Part shown: one piece after another, positions 25,953 through 27,867 of the stretch
Numbering within the stretch: the first letter of the stretch is position 1
How the letters are laid out: each line of letters begins with the position of its first letter
DNA from: a virus
Lineage: Duplodnaviria; Caudoviricetes
Length of the DNA stretch: 27,867 nt
Strand: one strand, 5' to 3'
Virus record (IMG/VR): IMGVR_UViG_3300040985_001232
Location: 1-27,867 of that record
Notes under the pieces: model-generated
What the model was told of the DNA's origin: nothing
What the model saw: the letters and a program-made list of their open reading frames with translations, nothing else
Databases searched by the model: none
Program-made: the position numbers and the translations under genes

Positions 25953-26770
25953 AGTTCTTTTATCTTCATCCCGTAATTATTAATTCCTTTTTCAAAAATC
26001 AATCCTTGTTTTTTTATTAATCTGTTTTTTTTAAATGGTTTGTAATTAACTTTATGATGCCACCGATTAAACTTCCATTTGACCTCTACTATATCTGGGT
26101 GTTGTTTTTGTAGGCTTTCCGCAAATTCTCTTCTATTATCTGTATCTCCATACACTTCTTTAGTATTTCCACCTTTCATCCTCATTGTGGTAACCTTTCC
26201 AGCTAAAAAAGCATTAAACAATATAGTACAATACCCATCTTTTAATACTCTTATACTTAAGTCTGTATCCTCATTATATCTCCCCCTCCATCTATATGGT
26301 AAATTATTATTAATCAAAATACAACTGTATATTCTTGTATTTAAATAATATGGAGGGACTTTATCTGTTGTTTTGCAGAATGAATAATAATTAAATCCGC
26401 TTATGCCTATGTTTGAATATCTGTCTGTAAAATCTTCTGCACACTTAAATATGGTTCCACTTGTTACTTTTGGCTTCTCGTTCCTGTTTAGTCTATGAAA
26501 CCCTTCTATATTATCGTCAAGTATCCAATGCCTTTTATAACCTTCATTAATAGAATGATCCCATACAAAATTTCTAACAGGAATAGACCCTTGATTTAAG
26601 TTAGAAAAAGGAGTTGTAATTATGTTTTCCGTAATATGTTTATATTGTTCATATTCTTGTGGTTCTACCACCAAACTAAACGGGACATTCATTTTATTTA
26701 ACTCCCTTGCTGTTAAACAATTTTTAGCCCTTCCTTTGCTAATTATGTATATCGGATATTCAGGATTCAT
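25949..26770 (-). CDS. TET-associated/GREB1-like glycosyltransferase (TAGT)
   Basis: 'YPIYIISKGR', 'HWILDDNI', 'NTRIYSCILI', 'WRGRYNEDTDLS.RVL', 'KGGNT'. Confidence 0.8.
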   Translation of the reverse strand: MNPEYPIYIISKGRAKNCLTARELNKMNVPFSLVVEPQEYEQYKHITENIITTPFSNLNQGSIPVRNFVWDHSINEGYKRHWILDDNIEGFHRLNRNEKPKVTSGTIFKCAEDFTDRYSNIGISGFNYYSFCKTTDKVPPYYLNTRIYSCILINNNLPYRWRGRYNEDTDLSIRVLKDGYCTILFNAFLAGKVTTMRMKGGNTKEVYGDTDNRREFAESLQKQHPDIVEVKWKFNRWHHKVNYKPFKKNRLIKKQGLIFEKGINNYGMKIKEL

Positions 26771-26984
26771 CTACCCATATTTTTTTAATACCACCCCAAT
26801 GAGATTTAAAAGGAAACCAAGCACTTTTAGTTTTCTTAGTCAGTTTTTGACCTATCAGTTTAGAAAAATCTGATAAGTCTCTTTCGCTATCAAATCTAAA
26901 TATTATCTTAGCAAACGGTTCTTTTTTTTCTTGTATGAACTCTGGCATACCTGTCCATTCATTTTCTTCTTTAAATAGCTCCAT
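26760..26984 (-). CDS. Small partner protein of the TAGT gene
   Basis: 'EWTGMPEF...F....D...F..LIGQ..T.KTKS.WFP', a pattern I recall next to TAGT genes. Confidence 0.6.
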   Translation of the reverse strand: MELFKEENEWTGMPEFIQEKKEPFAKIIFRFDSERDLSDFSKLIGQKLTKKTKSAWFPFKSHWGGIKKIWVDES

Positions 26985-26996
26985 AGTTTAATCTTT

Positions 26997-27317
26997 TCAT
27001 AGTTCTTTTATTTCAAAGTCAATAAATTCTTTACCTTTATTAACAAACTCTTTTTCTACAGTAAGCTTAAAAATATCTCTATCATTAAATCCGTATTTCT
27101 TTTGTAGTATATCAATAAATGGTTTTAATGGGTTGTCTATATCAGCAAGCTTTGAAGATACTCCAAAGACTACATCTAAATGTAAATGTCCTTTTGGTAT
27201 TTCCATGTTTTGTAACTTGCTTTTAACTATTATTTCATACGCCTCATACTTAGCAGTCTTAAACCTTCTACCTCTCCAACATTGATTAACCGTTAATGGT
27301 TTTATATTAATTTTCAT
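26997..27317 (-). CDS. rusA: RusA-like Holliday junction resolvase
   Basis: 'PLTVN..W', 'ADIDNPLKPFIDIL', 'FNDRDI'. Confidence 0.8.
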   Translation of the reverse strand: MKINIKPLTVNQCWRGRRFKTAKYEAYEIIVKSKLQNMEIPKGHLHLDVVFGVSSKLADIDNPLKPFIDILQKKYGFNDRDIFKLTVEKEFVNKGKEFIDFEIKEL

Positions 27318-27559
27318 AAGTTCTTTAAGTGAATTTCTTTAGCTTTCTCATTAAACTCTGGATGGTCATGACACTTATTATGACAGCTTCTACAGACAGC
27401 AATTAAGTTTTCTATGTAATCTAGTAGCTTACTACCTCCCATTTGTTTAAAAATTAAGTGGTGTATATCTACAGATTTAGCACCACAAATTTCGCAAGGA
27501 ATAAAATCAGCTATAGTATAACCGAAATGTTTTAAATATATTTTAGTGTGTTTTTTCAT
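27314..27559 (-). CDS. Small HNH endonuclease
   Basis: 'CEICG...DIHH...NLIAVCRSCHNKCH'. Confidence 0.85.
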   Translation of the reverse strand: MKKHTKIYLKHFGYTIADFIPCEICGAKSVDIHHLIFKQMGGSKLLDYIENLIAVCRSCHNKCHDHPEFNEKAKEIHLKNL

Positions 27560-27597
27560 AAGGGTAAATATTACACTCGTAATTTAAACAAGGGTAA

Positions 27598-27867
27598 TTA
27601 ATTTATAATATCTAATACCTCACATACTTCTCTTAATGTATCCAATTTAATAGAATATTTTGTTCTATAAAGATTATATGAATTTCCCTGTCTTAACACT
27701 TCAAAATTATAATCTCCATCATACAGATAACATAATTTATCAGGAACTAAGACTATCTTATAAATTATCAATGATTTATCAGCAATTTCACTTCCTGCTG
27801 TTAAGAAAGTTTGTCTACATAAGCACCCATTATTTGCTTTTGATTTAATTGTATGTACTCCAAATAC
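27598..27867 (-). CDS. Hypothetical protein; 5' end cut by window edge
   Basis: Frame open from 27867 to TAA at 27600-27598 (VFGVHTIKSK...LDTLREVCEVLDIIN). Confidence 0.55.
   Translation of the reverse strand, partial: VFGVHTIKSKANNGCLCRQTFLTAGSEIADKSLIIYKIVLVPDKLCYLYDGDYNFEVLRQGNSYNLYRTKYSIKLDTLREVCEVLDIIN

Noticed and set aside
27560-27597. AAGGGTAA direct repeat, 30 bp apart
   Set aside because: Only 8 bp and two copies; too weak to call an operator.
27598-27660. XRE-type HTH repressor suggested by 'SIKLDTLREVCEVLDI'
   Set aside because: The preceding sequence does not fit an HTH and the gene is truncated.
1809-27848. Other short plus-strand or nested ORFs in the track (e.g. 1809, 2830, 9569, 13167, 13727, 16585, 16607, 16958, 17472, 20419, 21641, 24812, 26079, 26622, 27660)
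   Set aside because: They overlap well-supported minus-strand genes and have no recognisable motifs.
1-27867. Integrase/IntI, reverse transcriptase (DGR), tRNA genes, stop-codon recoding
   Set aside because: No tyrosine-recombinase or RT motifs and no cloverleaf recognised by eye. Genes are intact under the standard code and use TAA, TGA and TAG as stops.

Overview
AT-rich fragment of a tailed dsDNA phage or prophage genome, with essentially all genes on the minus strand. The host is probably Bacteroidota (Flavobacteriia-like): starts have A-rich 'AAACTATG' contexts without Shine-Dalgarno, there are TAnnTTTG -7 boxes, and one lipoprotein has a QKDDE-like export signal. In transcription order (right to left): HNH, RusA-like resolvase, a TAGT/GREB1-like glycosyltransferase pair, a replication initiator with internal iterons, a split DnaB-like helicase, a metallophosphoesterase and a NUMOD4-HNH. 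Then come an accessory region (about 18.97-21.1 kb), a cluster of five glycosyltransferase-like genes plus a methyltransferase, a minor head protein, TerS/TerL, membrane and lipoprotein genes, a tail chaperone with a -1 frameshift, tape measure, tail proteins and a portal-like gene cut by the window edge. The most striking signal is in the accessory region. It is built as an array of integron-attC-like gene cassettes: five complete 60-134 bp imperfect palindromes plus a solitary sixth at 23.9 kb. The ends of each cassette are mutually complementary, no integrase is present in the window, and four cassette genes start inside the loop of the recombination-site hairpin. All product calls come from motif recognition by eye; no database searches were run.
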